The notes beneath the pieces are model-generated. The model had not been told where the DNA came from. It did not search any database and saw only the letters and a list, made by a program, of their open reading frames with translations. From Gammaproteobacteria bacterium (GTDB lineage: Bacteria; Pseudomonadota; Gammaproteobacteria; Ga0077554; Ga007554): a stretch of DNA of 64,000 bases. The DNA is taken from NCBI GenBank assembly GCA_021731145.1, contig JAKFXX010000026.1, positions 11,196 to 75,195 on the forward strand, written 5' to 3'. Of this stretch, positions 9,859-18,847 are shown piece after piece. A program made the position numbers and the translations under genes. Position 1 is the first letter of the stretch. Every line of letters starts with the position of its first letter.

Positions 9859-10908
9859 TCAGCCAAGCTTCGCCGTCCTGCTCGATGCGCGCAGCGCCTT
9901 GGTTTCTATCCATTTCTTCACGCGATTGGCATCACCAATACGCGTATACGTGCCCTGTGAATCGAGCAGCACGATAATCACCGGTTGCTGCGCTATCCGC
10001 GCCTGCATCACCAGACAGCGGCCCGCCTCGTTGATATATCCCGTTTTGCTCAGGCCAATGTCCCAGTTGTCGTTCTTTATCAGGGCGTTGGTGTTTCTGA
10101 AATGCGCGGGCAGAGAGTGCTCATTGAGCGCCACGTCGTAGGATTCTGAGGTGCTGAAGTGGCGGATCAGCGGATACTGGTAAGCGGCCTTGACCATTTT
10201 GACTAAATCCTGCGCAGTGGCGCTATTCTCGGCATGTAATCCGGTGGGGTCGATAAAGCGGCTTTGCGTCATCCCGATCTCGCGCGCCTTGCGGTTCATG
10301 GCCTCGACGAATGCGCGGCGGCCACCCGGATAGGCGCGTGAAAGCGCGGATGCGGCGCGATTTTCCGAGGACATCAGCGCCAGATGCAGCATGTCCTCAC
10401 GGCTGAGCACGGAGTCAACCGGCAATCTGGAACTCGATCCCCGCAGCATGTCGATATCATCCCCGGTGACCATCAGCGGCTCATTCATGGGCAGATTAGC
10501 GTCAAGAACGACCATCGCCGTCATCAGTTTGGTGAGCGAGGCGATCGGGCTTCTTACGTCAGAATGCTTGGCGTAAATGGTTTTCTCGTCCTCCTGGCCA
10601 ACCACTAGCGCCACGGATGACATCAGCACCAGGCTACCGTCATCACTGCGCGCAACCGCATATCTGTGCGATCTCGCCTTCCGCACATGCTTGACCCGCG
10701 TGACATGCCTGACGTCAGACTTGGCGTGGCGGACATGCTTTCGTTTTACAGCTTTAACCGCTACCTTTTTGACGGCGGGTTTATGATGACCCGTTGCAAC
10801 AACGGTGGGTTTCTTTACATGGGCATGTTTATGTGCGACAGCCTCGCCCGCCATAGAGAACGCGGATGCGCAGATCAACGCGACGGCAACCAACCATTTA
10901 GTGAACAT
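9859..10908 (-). CDS. D-alanyl-D-alanine endopeptidase (PBP7/PbpG-like serine hydrolase) with a His/Lys-rich N-terminal linker
   Basis: SxxK motif (ASLTK), SxN motif (SEN), KTG motif (SKTGYI). Signal peptide. An unusual basic low-complexity segment (about 70 aa, HKHAHVKKPTVVATGHHKPAVKKVAVKAVKRKHVRHAKSDVRHVTRVKHVRKARSH) sits between the signal peptide and the catalytic domain. Confidence 0.75.
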   Translation of the reverse strand: MFTKWLVAVALICASAFSMAGEAVAHKHAHVKKPTVVATGHHKPAVKKVAVKAVKRKHVRHAKSDVRHVTRVKHVRKARSHRYAVARSDDGSLVLMSSVALVVGQEDEKTIYAKHSDVRSPIASLTKLMTAMVVLDANLPMNEPLMVTGDDIDMLRGSSSRLPVDSVLSREDMLHLALMSSENRAASALSRAYPGGRRAFVEAMNRKAREIGMTQSRFIDPTGLHAENSATAQDLVKMVKAAYQYPLIRHFSTSESYDVALNEHSLPAHFRNTNALIKNDNWDIGLSKTGYINEAGRCLVMQARIAQQPVIIVLLDSQGTYTRIGDANRVKKWIETKALRASSRTAKLG

Positions 10909-11122
10909 AACCTGATACCCCTTGAATCCGCTGGCGCGCCCGTACCGGAACCTGCGAAAATACTTTGCAACTCGCGCCTAAGCACATTAAAAATCGAATA
11001 ATAAATTAATCTTAGCCTTACCTGGCAAGTCGCGCAATATACGCGCCTGACAAAATCAAAACAACATTCCCGCCCATTTCCCTGGCTTGCTACAATGTCT
11101 TGTATCAATACCTTGGATTACC

Positions 11123-12283
11123 ATGTTCAATTTCACCGCCCTGCCGCCGCTCTCCCTGTACGTACACATGCCCTGGTGCGTCCGCAAGTGCCCGTATTGC
11201 GATTTCAATTCACACGAGACCAAGGACGCCCTTCCCGAGGCCGAATACATCACGGCATTGATCGCCGATCTTGAGCAGGAGCTGCCGTCGGTGTGGGGGC
11301 GCTCTATTGAAAGCATATTCATCGGCGGCGGAACGCCCAGCCTGTTTTCGCCCGCAGCCTTCGACCGTCTGTTTTCTGAAATTCGCGCGCGACTGCCCTG
11401 TAAGCCCGGCATCGAGATCACCATGGAGGCCAATCCCGGCACTTGGGAATACGGCAAATTCCGCGAATTCCGCGCCGTTGGCGTCAATCGTTTGTCGCTC
11501 GGCATACAAAGTTTCGACACTGGAATGCTGCAAAAGTTAGGACGCATCCATGGCGCGCGCGAGGCGTTTACTGCTGCGGAAACCGCACATGCCGCCGGTT
11601 TTGACAACTTCAATCTTGACCTGATGTTTGGCCTGCCCGGCCAATCCATTGAGCAGGCGCTGGCCGACATCAGGAACGCCATCGCCCTGCAACCAGCGCA
11701 TATTTCCCTGTACCAGCTCACCCTTGAGCCGAATACCGCCTTTTACGTTAATCCCCCCGCATTGCCGGAGGATGACGCACTGTGGGATATGCAGGAACAA
11801 TGCCAAAGCCAGCTCGCAACCCACGGTTACCGGCAATACGAGGTATCCGCCTACGCCCAGCCCGGCCATGAATGCCGCCACAATCTGAATTATTGGCGTT
11901 TCGGCGATTACTTGGGCATAGGTGCAGGGGCGCATGGCAAGATCAGTGATGCGCAGCACCAACGCATCACCCGTAGCTGGAAAGTCAAAAACCCGCGAGA
12001 TTACTTGCTCAAGGCGGCCACCCCAGCGCGCATCGGCGGAACACAACCACTGAAGCGCAACGATGTCGGCCTGGAATTCATGATGAACGCCCTGCGCCTC
12101 ACTGATGGCTTTCCGGTGGCGTTATTTGCTGAGCATACCGGACAGCCGATTTCCATCGTGAAGCAAGGGTTGCAGCAGGCGGAAGAAAAAGGACTGATCG
12201 AATGGGACATCCACACCATCCGTCCCACTGAGCTGGGCAGGCGCTTTCTGAATGATTTGTTAGGTCTGTTTCTGATAGAGTGA
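11123..12283 (+). CDS. hemW: Radical SAM heme chaperone HemW (coproporphyrinogen III oxidase-like, YggW)
   Basis: CxxxCxxC radical SAM motif (CVRKCPYCDF) and the HemN-like fold. Start trimmed to MFNFTALPP at 11123. Confidence 0.85.
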   Translation: MFNFTALPPLSLYVHMPWCVRKCPYCDFNSHETKDALPEAEYITALIADLEQELPSVWGRSIESIFIGGGTPSLFSPAAFDRLFSEIRARLPCKPGIEITMEANPGTWEYGKFREFRAVGVNRLSLGIQSFDTGMLQKLGRIHGAREAFTAAETAHAAGFDNFNLDLMFGLPGQSIEQALADIRNAIALQPAHISLYQLTLEPNTAFYVNPPALPEDDALWDMQEQCQSQLATHGYRQYEVSAYAQPGHECRHNLNYWRFGDYLGIGAGAHGKISDAQHQRITRSWKVKNPRDYLLKAATPARIGGTQPLKRNDVGLEFMMNALRLTDGFPVALFAEHTGQPISIVKQGLQQAEEKGLIEWDIHTIRPTELGRRFLNDLLGLFLIE

Positions 12284-12320
12284 GAGACTGTTATATCATT
12301 TACGTTAACGAGGAGCGGGT

Positions 12321-12701
12321 ATGAGTTACAACATAACTCTCTCAGAAAATGAGAAGTACATAGTCTGCGTGGTGGCGGACCCGATGACTGTGGATATCGC
12401 GCGCGAGTTCACGAAGGAGCTGGACGGTTTAGGCCGCGCCAAAAATATCAAACGGTTTCTAACTGATGTTCGTAGCGCTCCAAACATGTCGAATACTTTT
12501 CAGAACTACGAATTTGCATATTTCGATATGAAAGGCCTTAACCTCCAGCGAGACGTGCGCGCTGTAATCCTGGCAGACCCAGCCGATAGAACTCATGACT
12601 TCGTGGAAACGACCACGCAAAACGCTGGGTACAATGTGCGAATATTTTATGACGAAAATGCCGCAATTGCATGGCTCAATGAGGAAATGAATGCCTCATA
12701 A
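12321..12701 (+). CDS. Hypothetical protein of 126 aa, compositionally atypical (roughly 45-48% GC by eye)
   Basis: An intact ORF with a Shine-Dalgarno-like gaggag 8 nt upstream. It is AT-rich relative to its flanks. No confident family, though it may have a STAS-like fold. Confidence 0.5.
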   Translation: MSYNITLSENEKYIVCVVADPMTVDIAREFTKELDGLGRAKNIKRFLTDVRSAPNMSNTFQNYEFAYFDMKGLNLQRDVRAVILADPADRTHDFVETTTQNAGYNVRIFYDENAAIAWLNEEMNAS

Positions 12702-12750
12702 GCCGCCCCTCTAAAAAATTGAAACGCGCCACATCAACATACAACATCTA

Positions 12751-13611
12751 ATGCCAACACAAACTATGTCTACTGTCATACTCCAAGGCTCCAATCTCAC
12801 CAAAGACACCGCCCGCGCCATCGCCGCTCAGCTACATTGCGACATTGACCATGGTAGCGGCTATTACAGGCTGCGTTCAGAAGCGCCCATTGCCGCCGAA
12901 GCCGTAGCGGCGCTGCGTGCCACTTCCAATATCGATATCAATTTACTGCCACAGGACTTCCGTCCCGATCAGGTGCGCCTGCTGGTCACCGATATGGACT
13001 CCACGCTGATCAACATCGAATGCATCGACGAGATCGCGGACTTCATTGGTGTCAAACCCCAAGTCTCCGCCATCACATCCGCGACGATGCGTGGCGAGAT
13101 CAATTTCGAGACCTCGCTCACCCAGCGTGTCGCTCTGCTGGCAGGCCTGCACGCAGATGCGCTGGAGCACGTCTACAACGAGCGCCTGAGGCCCAATCCC
13201 GGCGCTGAACAGATGATCGCCGGTCTGCGCGCCCAGGGCATCAAGATTGGCCTGGTCTCCGGCGGCTTCACCTTCTTCACCGAACGCCTCAAGGATCGCC
13301 TCAACCTCGACTATGCCCGCGCCAATGTGCTGGAGATTATTGATGGCCGCCTCACTGGGCGCATCCTTGGCGACATCACCGGCGCGGCAGGCAAGGCCGA
13401 ATTCCTGCTGGATTTGTGCAAGCAGCTCAACATCTCGCCCGCCCAAGCCGTGGCGGTGGGCGACGGCGCCAACGACCTGGAAATGATGAAAACCGCCGGA
13501 TTCAGCATCGCCTACCACGCCAAACCCACTGTGCAGGCACAGGCCGGGGCGGTGCTTAATCATTGCGGGCTGGAGGGGGTGCTGGGGTTGCTGGATATTG
13601 CGGATAGCTAG
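12751..13611 (+). CDS. serB: Phosphoserine phosphatase SerB
   Basis: HAD motifs DMDSTLI, GGFTFF and GDGANDLEMM, with an N-terminal ACT-like domain. Confidence 0.85.
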   Translation: MPTQTMSTVILQGSNLTKDTARAIAAQLHCDIDHGSGYYRLRSEAPIAAEAVAALRATSNIDINLLPQDFRPDQVRLLVTDMDSTLINIECIDEIADFIGVKPQVSAITSATMRGEINFETSLTQRVALLAGLHADALEHVYNERLRPNPGAEQMIAGLRAQGIKIGLVSGGFTFFTERLKDRLNLDYARANVLEIIDGRLTGRILGDITGAAGKAEFLLDLCKQLNISPAQAVAVGDGANDLEMMKTAGFSIAYHAKPTVQAQAGAVLNHCGLEGVLGLLDIADS

Positions 13612-13734
13612 GCGCCAGAGAATTGAGCATGCTGGCAAATGGCCGAGCTAATCGAGCTCGAAGCGGAGCGCCTTCGTATGCGTCAGTGGAAGTTCTCTGA
13701 CCCTGAGCCATTTGCCACGCTCAACTCAAGACCC

Positions 13735-13845
13735 AAGAGTCTTGCAGCAAGCCCGGATGGAGTAACACGCAATCCGGGATGCGACGGAGTGGCGATCCCC
13801 GGATTACGCTATCGCTTCATCCGGGCTACTCGCTGCTCGCTCCCC
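13735..13845. repeat. Cluster of nested inverted repeats (REP-like, CCGGAT/ATCCGG arms) between convergent serB and the ArsC-family gene; probably a bidirectional terminator region
   Basis: gcccggatgg ... catccgggct, and aatccgggat ... atccccggatt, are read directly in the sequence. The 69-aa ORF in the track over this region is not credible. Confidence 0.5.
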
Positions 13846-13857
13846 TGATAATCGAGA

Positions 13858-14211
13858 CTAAAGAATATCCAGCACAGCCTCCGGCGGGCGCCCCACCGCT
13901 GCCTTGCCATCAACCACCACGATGGGCCGTTCTATGAGGATGGGATGCGCAATCATGGCGGCAATCATCTCATCACGTGTCAACTCTGGATCATCCAGCC
14001 CCGCCTCCTTGTATACTGCCTCTTGCTTGCGCATCAAATCGCGCGGCGTCATGCCAAGGAGGGAAAGAATCTTTTTCAACCCGGTTGTGCTGGGTGGGTT
14101 TTTCAGGTATTCGATGACGAGCGGCTCGATGCCTTTGTCCCGCAAAAGCTGGAGCGTTTGTCGTGATTTGCTACAATGCGGATTATGGTAGATGGTGACG
14201 TCGGCGCGCAT
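13858..14211 (-). CDS. ArsC/Spx-family protein (arsenate reductase-like, glutaredoxin fold; YffB-like)
   Basis: N-terminal CxxS/R motif (HNPHCSKSRQTLQLL) and a length of 117 aa. Confidence 0.75.
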   Translation of the reverse strand: MRADVTIYHNPHCSKSRQTLQLLRDKGIEPLVIEYLKNPPSTTGLKKILSLLGMTPRDLMRKQEAVYKEAGLDDPELTRDEMIAAMIAHPILIERPIVVVDGKAAVGRPPEAVLDIL

Positions 14212-14278
14212 GGCGGTTATCCCGGAAGTTTGAATGGGTCATTTTATCAGGCGTGCCGCCCTTAGATGAGATAAGTTT

Positions 14279-14656
14279 ATGAGCAGTGATTACAACGTGC
14301 AGGTCCAGACGGAATCCTTCTACATCGAGGATCAGTCTATCCCGGAGCGGGATCAGTATGTGTTTGCCTACCGCATCACCATTCGCAATGCCGGGGAGGT
14401 GGCGGCCAAGCTCATGACCCGTCACTGGGTTATCACCGATGCCAATGGCAAGGTGCAGGAAGTACGCGGCGAAGGGGTGGTCGGCGAGCAGCCGCATCTT
14501 AAGCCGGGCGATGAATTCCAGTACACCAGCGGTGCGATTATCGAAACCCCGGTCGGCACGATGGAGGGTAGTTATCGGATGGTCGCCGATGACGGTGGGC
14601 GTTTCGACGCGGAAATTTCGCCATTCACGCTCGCCGCGCCACGCGTATTGCACTAA
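14279..14656 (+). CDS. apaG: ApaG (DUF525) protein
   Basis: Matches the ApaG family (FxYxIxIxN, GDEFQYTSG motifs), with a typical length of 125 aa. Confidence 0.85.
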   Translation: MSSDYNVQVQTESFYIEDQSIPERDQYVFAYRITIRNAGEVAAKLMTRHWVITDANGKVQEVRGEGVVGEQPHLKPGDEFQYTSGAIIETPVGTMEGSYRMVADDGGRFDAEISPFTLAAPRVLH

Positions 14657-14725
14657 AACATCCGGATTAAATGGACGAGGCCGTTGATTTCATGATAAAA
14701 ACCTTAACTCCCGCAGCGAATTGAG

Positions 14726-15034
14726 ATGACCATGCACAACTTCCCCTGCCCGCGCTGCCAAGCACACAGCATTACCCTCAAAGACAAGTTCCGTGCGGGG
14801 TTGTGGGTGCCTATCTTTTGCAGCAATTGTGGCGCGAAACTGACAGCGCTGCCGATTTTACTGGGGCTGCTGCACGCTATTTATGTCTGGAACGTTCTGT
14901 GGCTTTATGCCACCTACAAGTTCGACCTCACCGTATGGTGGTACCCCATCGTAATGGTGGAGTGGGCGGTACTTGAGCTGTTAAGCATCTGGTACATGCC
15001 ACTCGCCGTATTGCGATCCGAGCCCCGCCAATAA
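14726..15034 (+). CDS. Small membrane protein with an N-terminal zinc-ribbon (CPRC...CSNC)
   Basis: Two CxxC pairs are followed by two or three hydrophobic helices. Hypothetical. Confidence 0.45.
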   Translation: MTMHNFPCPRCQAHSITLKDKFRAGLWVPIFCSNCGAKLTALPILLGLLHAIYVWNVLWLYATYKFDLTVWWYPIVMVEWAVLELLSIWYMPLAVLRSEPRQ

Positions 15035-15048
15035 GCCCGTCCTGACCC

Positions 15049-15912
15049 ATGGCACGGATACTCGGTGTCGGCATCGCCACCCTGGACATTATCAATACCG
15101 TGGATGGCCTTCCCGCAGAAGATAGCGAGGTGCGGGCTTTAACCCAGCGTATATGCCGTGGTGGCAACGCCACCAATACCCTGGTAGTGCTGAGCCAGCT
15201 TGGGCACGCATGCGCCTGGGGCGGCGTGCTGGCGGACGAGCCCGACGGCACGCGCATCCTCGATGATCTCGCCCGTTACCGCATTGATACGAGCGCCTGC
15301 CGTTTGGAGGCGCAGGGCAAGGTGCCGACCTCGTACATTGCACTGAACCGGCGCAACGGTTCGCGCACCATCATCCATTACCGCGACCTCCCCGAATACA
15401 GCTTTGCTGACTTCAGCCGCATCGACCTGTCCGGTTTTGGCTGGCTGCACTTCGAAGGCCGCGCCGTTGATGAGGCACGTCGCATGTTGGAACTGGCCCG
15501 CGCGGAAGCGCCCCACACCCCGCGTTCGGTCGAGATCGAAAAACCACGGCCAGCCATCGAGAGTCTGTTTCCCCTTGCCGATGTACTGCTGTTTTCGCGC
15601 AACTATGCCCGGTCATGTGGCATTGAAGATGCCGGCGCCTTTTTGTATCACGCACGCGGTCTGGCACCCCATGCCGATCTGGTATGTGCCTGGGGCGATG
15701 AGGGGGCGTATGGCCTGACACGGGACGGAACGGCATACCACAGCCCTGCCTTTCCTCAGGCCGTGGTGGTTGACACTCTTGGCGCGGGCGACACCTTCAA
15801 TGCGGGCATCATTCATGCCCGCTTGAACGGTTTCATCTGGGAGCGAGCCTTACGATTCGCCTGCGAGCTTGCGGGCAAGAAGTGCGGACGGGTAGGGCTT
15901 GATGTTGGTTAG
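15049..15912 (+). CDS. PfkB-family carbohydrate kinase (ketohexokinase-like)
   Basis: Ribokinase-fold motifs, including a C-terminal DTxGAGD (DTLGAGDTFNAG). Confidence 0.7.
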   Translation: MARILGVGIATLDIINTVDGLPAEDSEVRALTQRICRGGNATNTLVVLSQLGHACAWGGVLADEPDGTRILDDLARYRIDTSACRLEAQGKVPTSYIALNRRNGSRTIIHYRDLPEYSFADFSRIDLSGFGWLHFEGRAVDEARRMLELARAEAPHTPRSVEIEKPRPAIESLFPLADVLLFSRNYARSCGIEDAGAFLYHARGLAPHADLVCAWGDEGAYGLTRDGTAYHSPAFPQAVVVDTLGAGDTFNAGIIHARLNGFIWERALRFACELAGKKCGRVGLDVG

Positions 15913-15969
15913 CCAGCCCCTTGAGAAACGCACGGGCTTGGCTAACCGGGCTTCAGCGTCTTCCTGCTG

Positions 15970-17301
15970 TTACTTCTGCGCAGCCGAGCGGCCCACGACT
16001 ACCGTCACCATCTTGTCAGGTTGAACGCGCCGCTTGAAGGCATCCTGAATTTGCGGCAGGGTGATAGCGTCCACCTTGGCGATAAAGGTATCCAGGTAGT
16101 TCAACGGCATGTTGTAGAAACCGATCATGCCGATGTAATCGACGATCTTTTTGTTGGTGTCGATGCGCAGCGGAAAGCCGCCAGTGATGTTTTTCTTTGA
16201 GGCTTCGAGTTCCTTGGCGGTGGGGCCTTTTTCCACGAAAGTACGCAGCGTGTCGCGCATCACCTTGAGCGCCTCATCGGCCTGATCGGAACGGGTTTGC
16301 AAGCCCATGGTGAACGGTCCCCGGTCGCGCATCGGCATGAAATAGCTGTAAGCGCTATATGACAAGCCGCGTTTTTCGCGGACCTCCTCGCTCAGGCGTG
16401 ACACCAGCCCGCTGCCGCCCAGTGTGTGGTTGCCCACGTACAACGCGAAATAGTCGGGATCATTGCGGCTCATGCCCGGCTGGCCGGAGAGGATATGGGT
16501 TTGCGCTGAAGGGTACTCGATGTTGATGGCTTGGGATGCAGTCAAATCGCTCACCTTGGGCAAGGCAGGTGCGGACTCGCCTTCCGGCAGTTTGCCCACC
16601 AGTGTATCGGCCAGCGCTTGCGCCTGGGCACGGTCCAGCGCGCCAACGATGGCCACCACGGCATTGCGCGCCACATAGTAGCGGCTGTGGTGGTTGACGG
16701 CGTCATCGCGGGTGAGCGCATTGAGCGACTCCTCGGTGCCCAGCGGTGGCGCGCCATAGGGGTGATCACCATACATGGCCTTGTCGAACGCCTTGTCGGC
16801 AATGGCGTCCGGTGATTGCTGCTGCTGGCGCAGGCCGATCAGCATGCGCTTGCGCACACGCTCGAATGCGTCCTGCGGAAAGGTGGGCTGGCGCAGGATC
16901 AGCGCCAGCGTGTCGAGGGCCGGTTGCAGCACCTCCGGTTTGCGCAGGCTGCGCAGGCTGACCGTGGCGCTGTCCAGCTCGGCGGCGGTGGCGAATTGCG
17001 CGCCCAGATCGCCGAAGCGCTCCGCAATCTGGTCAGCGTTCAGATCGCCAGCGCCATCGTTAAGCAGGCTAGTGGTAAGTTGCGCCAGGCCACCCTTGCC
17101 GCCATTGCGCGCGCCGCCTGCGTCGAACATGATGCGCACATCGACTATCGGCAGCTCCGGCGCGGGCACGAAATAGACGCGCGCGCCGTTGGCGGTCTGC
17201 CATTGCTGGATCGCGGGGGCGGCACTGGCAAAGGGTGCAGGCAACAGGCTGAATACCGCGACAACCGCAAATACAGCAATTTTTCTTGCATTGTTGAACA
17301 T
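15970..17301 (-). CDS. M16-family zinc peptidase-like protein (pitrilysin family; probably the non-catalytic partner)
   Basis: An M16 fold with no HxxEH motif and a signal peptide. Start trimmed to MFNNARK at 17301. It is tandem with a catalytic M16 gene. Confidence 0.75.
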   Translation of the reverse strand: MFNNARKIAVFAVVAVFSLLPAPFASAAPAIQQWQTANGARVYFVPAPELPIVDVRIMFDAGGARNGGKGGLAQLTTSLLNDGAGDLNADQIAERFGDLGAQFATAAELDSATVSLRSLRKPEVLQPALDTLALILRQPTFPQDAFERVRKRMLIGLRQQQQSPDAIADKAFDKAMYGDHPYGAPPLGTEESLNALTRDDAVNHHSRYYVARNAVVAIVGALDRAQAQALADTLVGKLPEGESAPALPKVSDLTASQAINIEYPSAQTHILSGQPGMSRNDPDYFALYVGNHTLGGSGLVSRLSEEVREKRGLSYSAYSYFMPMRDRGPFTMGLQTRSDQADEALKVMRDTLRTFVEKGPTAKELEASKKNITGGFPLRIDTNKKIVDYIGMIGFYNMPLNYLDTFIAKVDAITLPQIQDAFKRRVQPDKMVTVVVGRSAAQK

Positions 17302-17350
17302 GGGGCGTTGCTTCCTGGGCTGGATGGTCATGAAATTGATCGTATTGCGA

Positions 17351-18733
17351 TTAGCGGCCATGGCGACCTCCTCCGGCGGGCATCGCACCATGTGCCGGTT
17401 TATCACTCATCGGTTGCGGATCGAGCACTGCCACGGTAAGGCCGTCATCGACAAGATATTTGCGCGCCACCTGCTGGATCTGTTCAGGGGTGATGGCGCT
17501 GAGCTTGTCCACATACTCATCGAGCAGTTTGGGATCCAGCCCCACTGTGACCAGCGTGCCGATCTGCATGGCCTGGTAAAACGGCGAGTCCAGTTCGTAG
17601 ACCTTGCTGGCGATGACCTGCGCCTTGATGCGGGCAAGCTCCTGCGCGCTCACCGGCTCGTCCTGTAGGCGCTTGATCTGGTCACGGATCGCCTGTTCCA
17701 GATCCGCCACGCTGTGATCCTGGGATGGCGTACCGGCGAAGTTGAATACATCCGCGCCGCGGTTATACATGTTGTAGCCCGCACCCGCCTCGGCGGCGAT
17801 TTGTGATCCGCGCACCAGCTCCTTGGCGAAGCGCGCGCTGTCACCGCCATCCAGCACACCGGCCAGCATCTCCAGCGCATAGGGCTCCCAGCTTTCCTTG
17901 GCGGTCTTGATGACCGGCACCTTGTAGCCCATCAGCAAATAAGGCAGCTCCGCCGGGGCCTTGACGGTGACGCGGCGCACCCCCTTTTGTTCTATTTCCT
18001 GACGCGGCTTGGTGGGGGTTATCTTGCTGGGCTTGAGCGGCCCGAAATACTGCTTGGCCAGTTTAAATACCTCGTCGGCCTTCACATCACCCACCACCAC
18101 GACCGTGGCGTTATTCGGGGCATACCATTTCTGGTACCACTCTCGCAGGTCTTCGGTGCGCAGATTTTCCAGGTCATCCATCCAGCCAATTACAGGGTGA
18201 CGATAGGGGCTGTTGACGAAAGCGGCGGCGGTGAACTGCTCCTGGGTCAGGGACTGCGGTTCATCGTCGGTGCGCAGACGGCGCTCCTCCATCACCACCT
18301 TGATCTCTTTGGCGAATTCCTCCGGCTGCAGCAGCAGGTTGCGCATGCGGTCCGCTTCCAGCGCGAAACTCACCTTGAGGCGGCTTTTCTCCATTTGCTG
18401 GAAATAGGCGGTGTAGTCCTGGCCGGTAAAGGCGTTTTCACGCCCGCCGTTGGCGGCGATGATGCGCGAAAACTCCCCCGCCGGACGCTTGGGGGTACCC
18501 TTGAACATCATGTGCTCCAGCACATGGGATACGCCGGTGATGCCGTCGTTCTCGTAGCTGCTGCCTACCCTGTACCAGACTTGCGACACCATCACCGGGG
18601 CGCGATGATCCTCTTTGACGATCACTCGCAAACCATTGTCCAGCGTGGTTTCGCGCAAAGCGTTCTCCGCCTGCGCGGATGGCAGGAGAGACAGACTGAG
18701 AAAGGAGGTGAGTAACAGGAAGCGTATCTGCAT
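17351..18733 (-). CDS. M16-family zinc peptidase (pitrilysin-like, catalytic subunit)
   Basis: HxxEH inverted zinc-binding motif (HVLEHMMFKG) and a signal peptide. Start trimmed to MQIRFLLL at 18733. Confidence 0.8.
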   Translation of the reverse strand: MQIRFLLLTSFLSLSLLPSAQAENALRETTLDNGLRVIVKEDHRAPVMVSQVWYRVGSSYENDGITGVSHVLEHMMFKGTPKRPAGEFSRIIAANGGRENAFTGQDYTAYFQQMEKSRLKVSFALEADRMRNLLLQPEEFAKEIKVVMEERRLRTDDEPQSLTQEQFTAAAFVNSPYRHPVIGWMDDLENLRTEDLREWYQKWYAPNNATVVVVGDVKADEVFKLAKQYFGPLKPSKITPTKPRQEIEQKGVRRVTVKAPAELPYLLMGYKVPVIKTAKESWEPYALEMLAGVLDGGDSARFAKELVRGSQIAAEAGAGYNMYNRGADVFNFAGTPSQDHSVADLEQAIRDQIKRLQDEPVSAQELARIKAQVIASKVYELDSPFYQAMQIGTLVTVGLDPKLLDEYVDKLSAITPEQIQQVARKYLVDDGLTVAVLDPQPMSDKPAHGAMPAGGGRHGR

Positions 18734-18847
18734 ATGATGTGGTCCTTGTTGTTGTCTTGAAGCTGGCAGCTTGCCAGGCTGAAACCGGGGCATGAATGAT
18801 GTTAGAATGTCCTGCATCATCACGCCTGATCTCAGACACTGAGCTTA

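Noticed and set aside
13639-13848. 69-aa plus-strand ORF in the serB/ArsC-family intergenic region
   Set aside because: Built from REP-like palindromes, with no ribosome-binding site. It is better explained as structured non-coding DNA.
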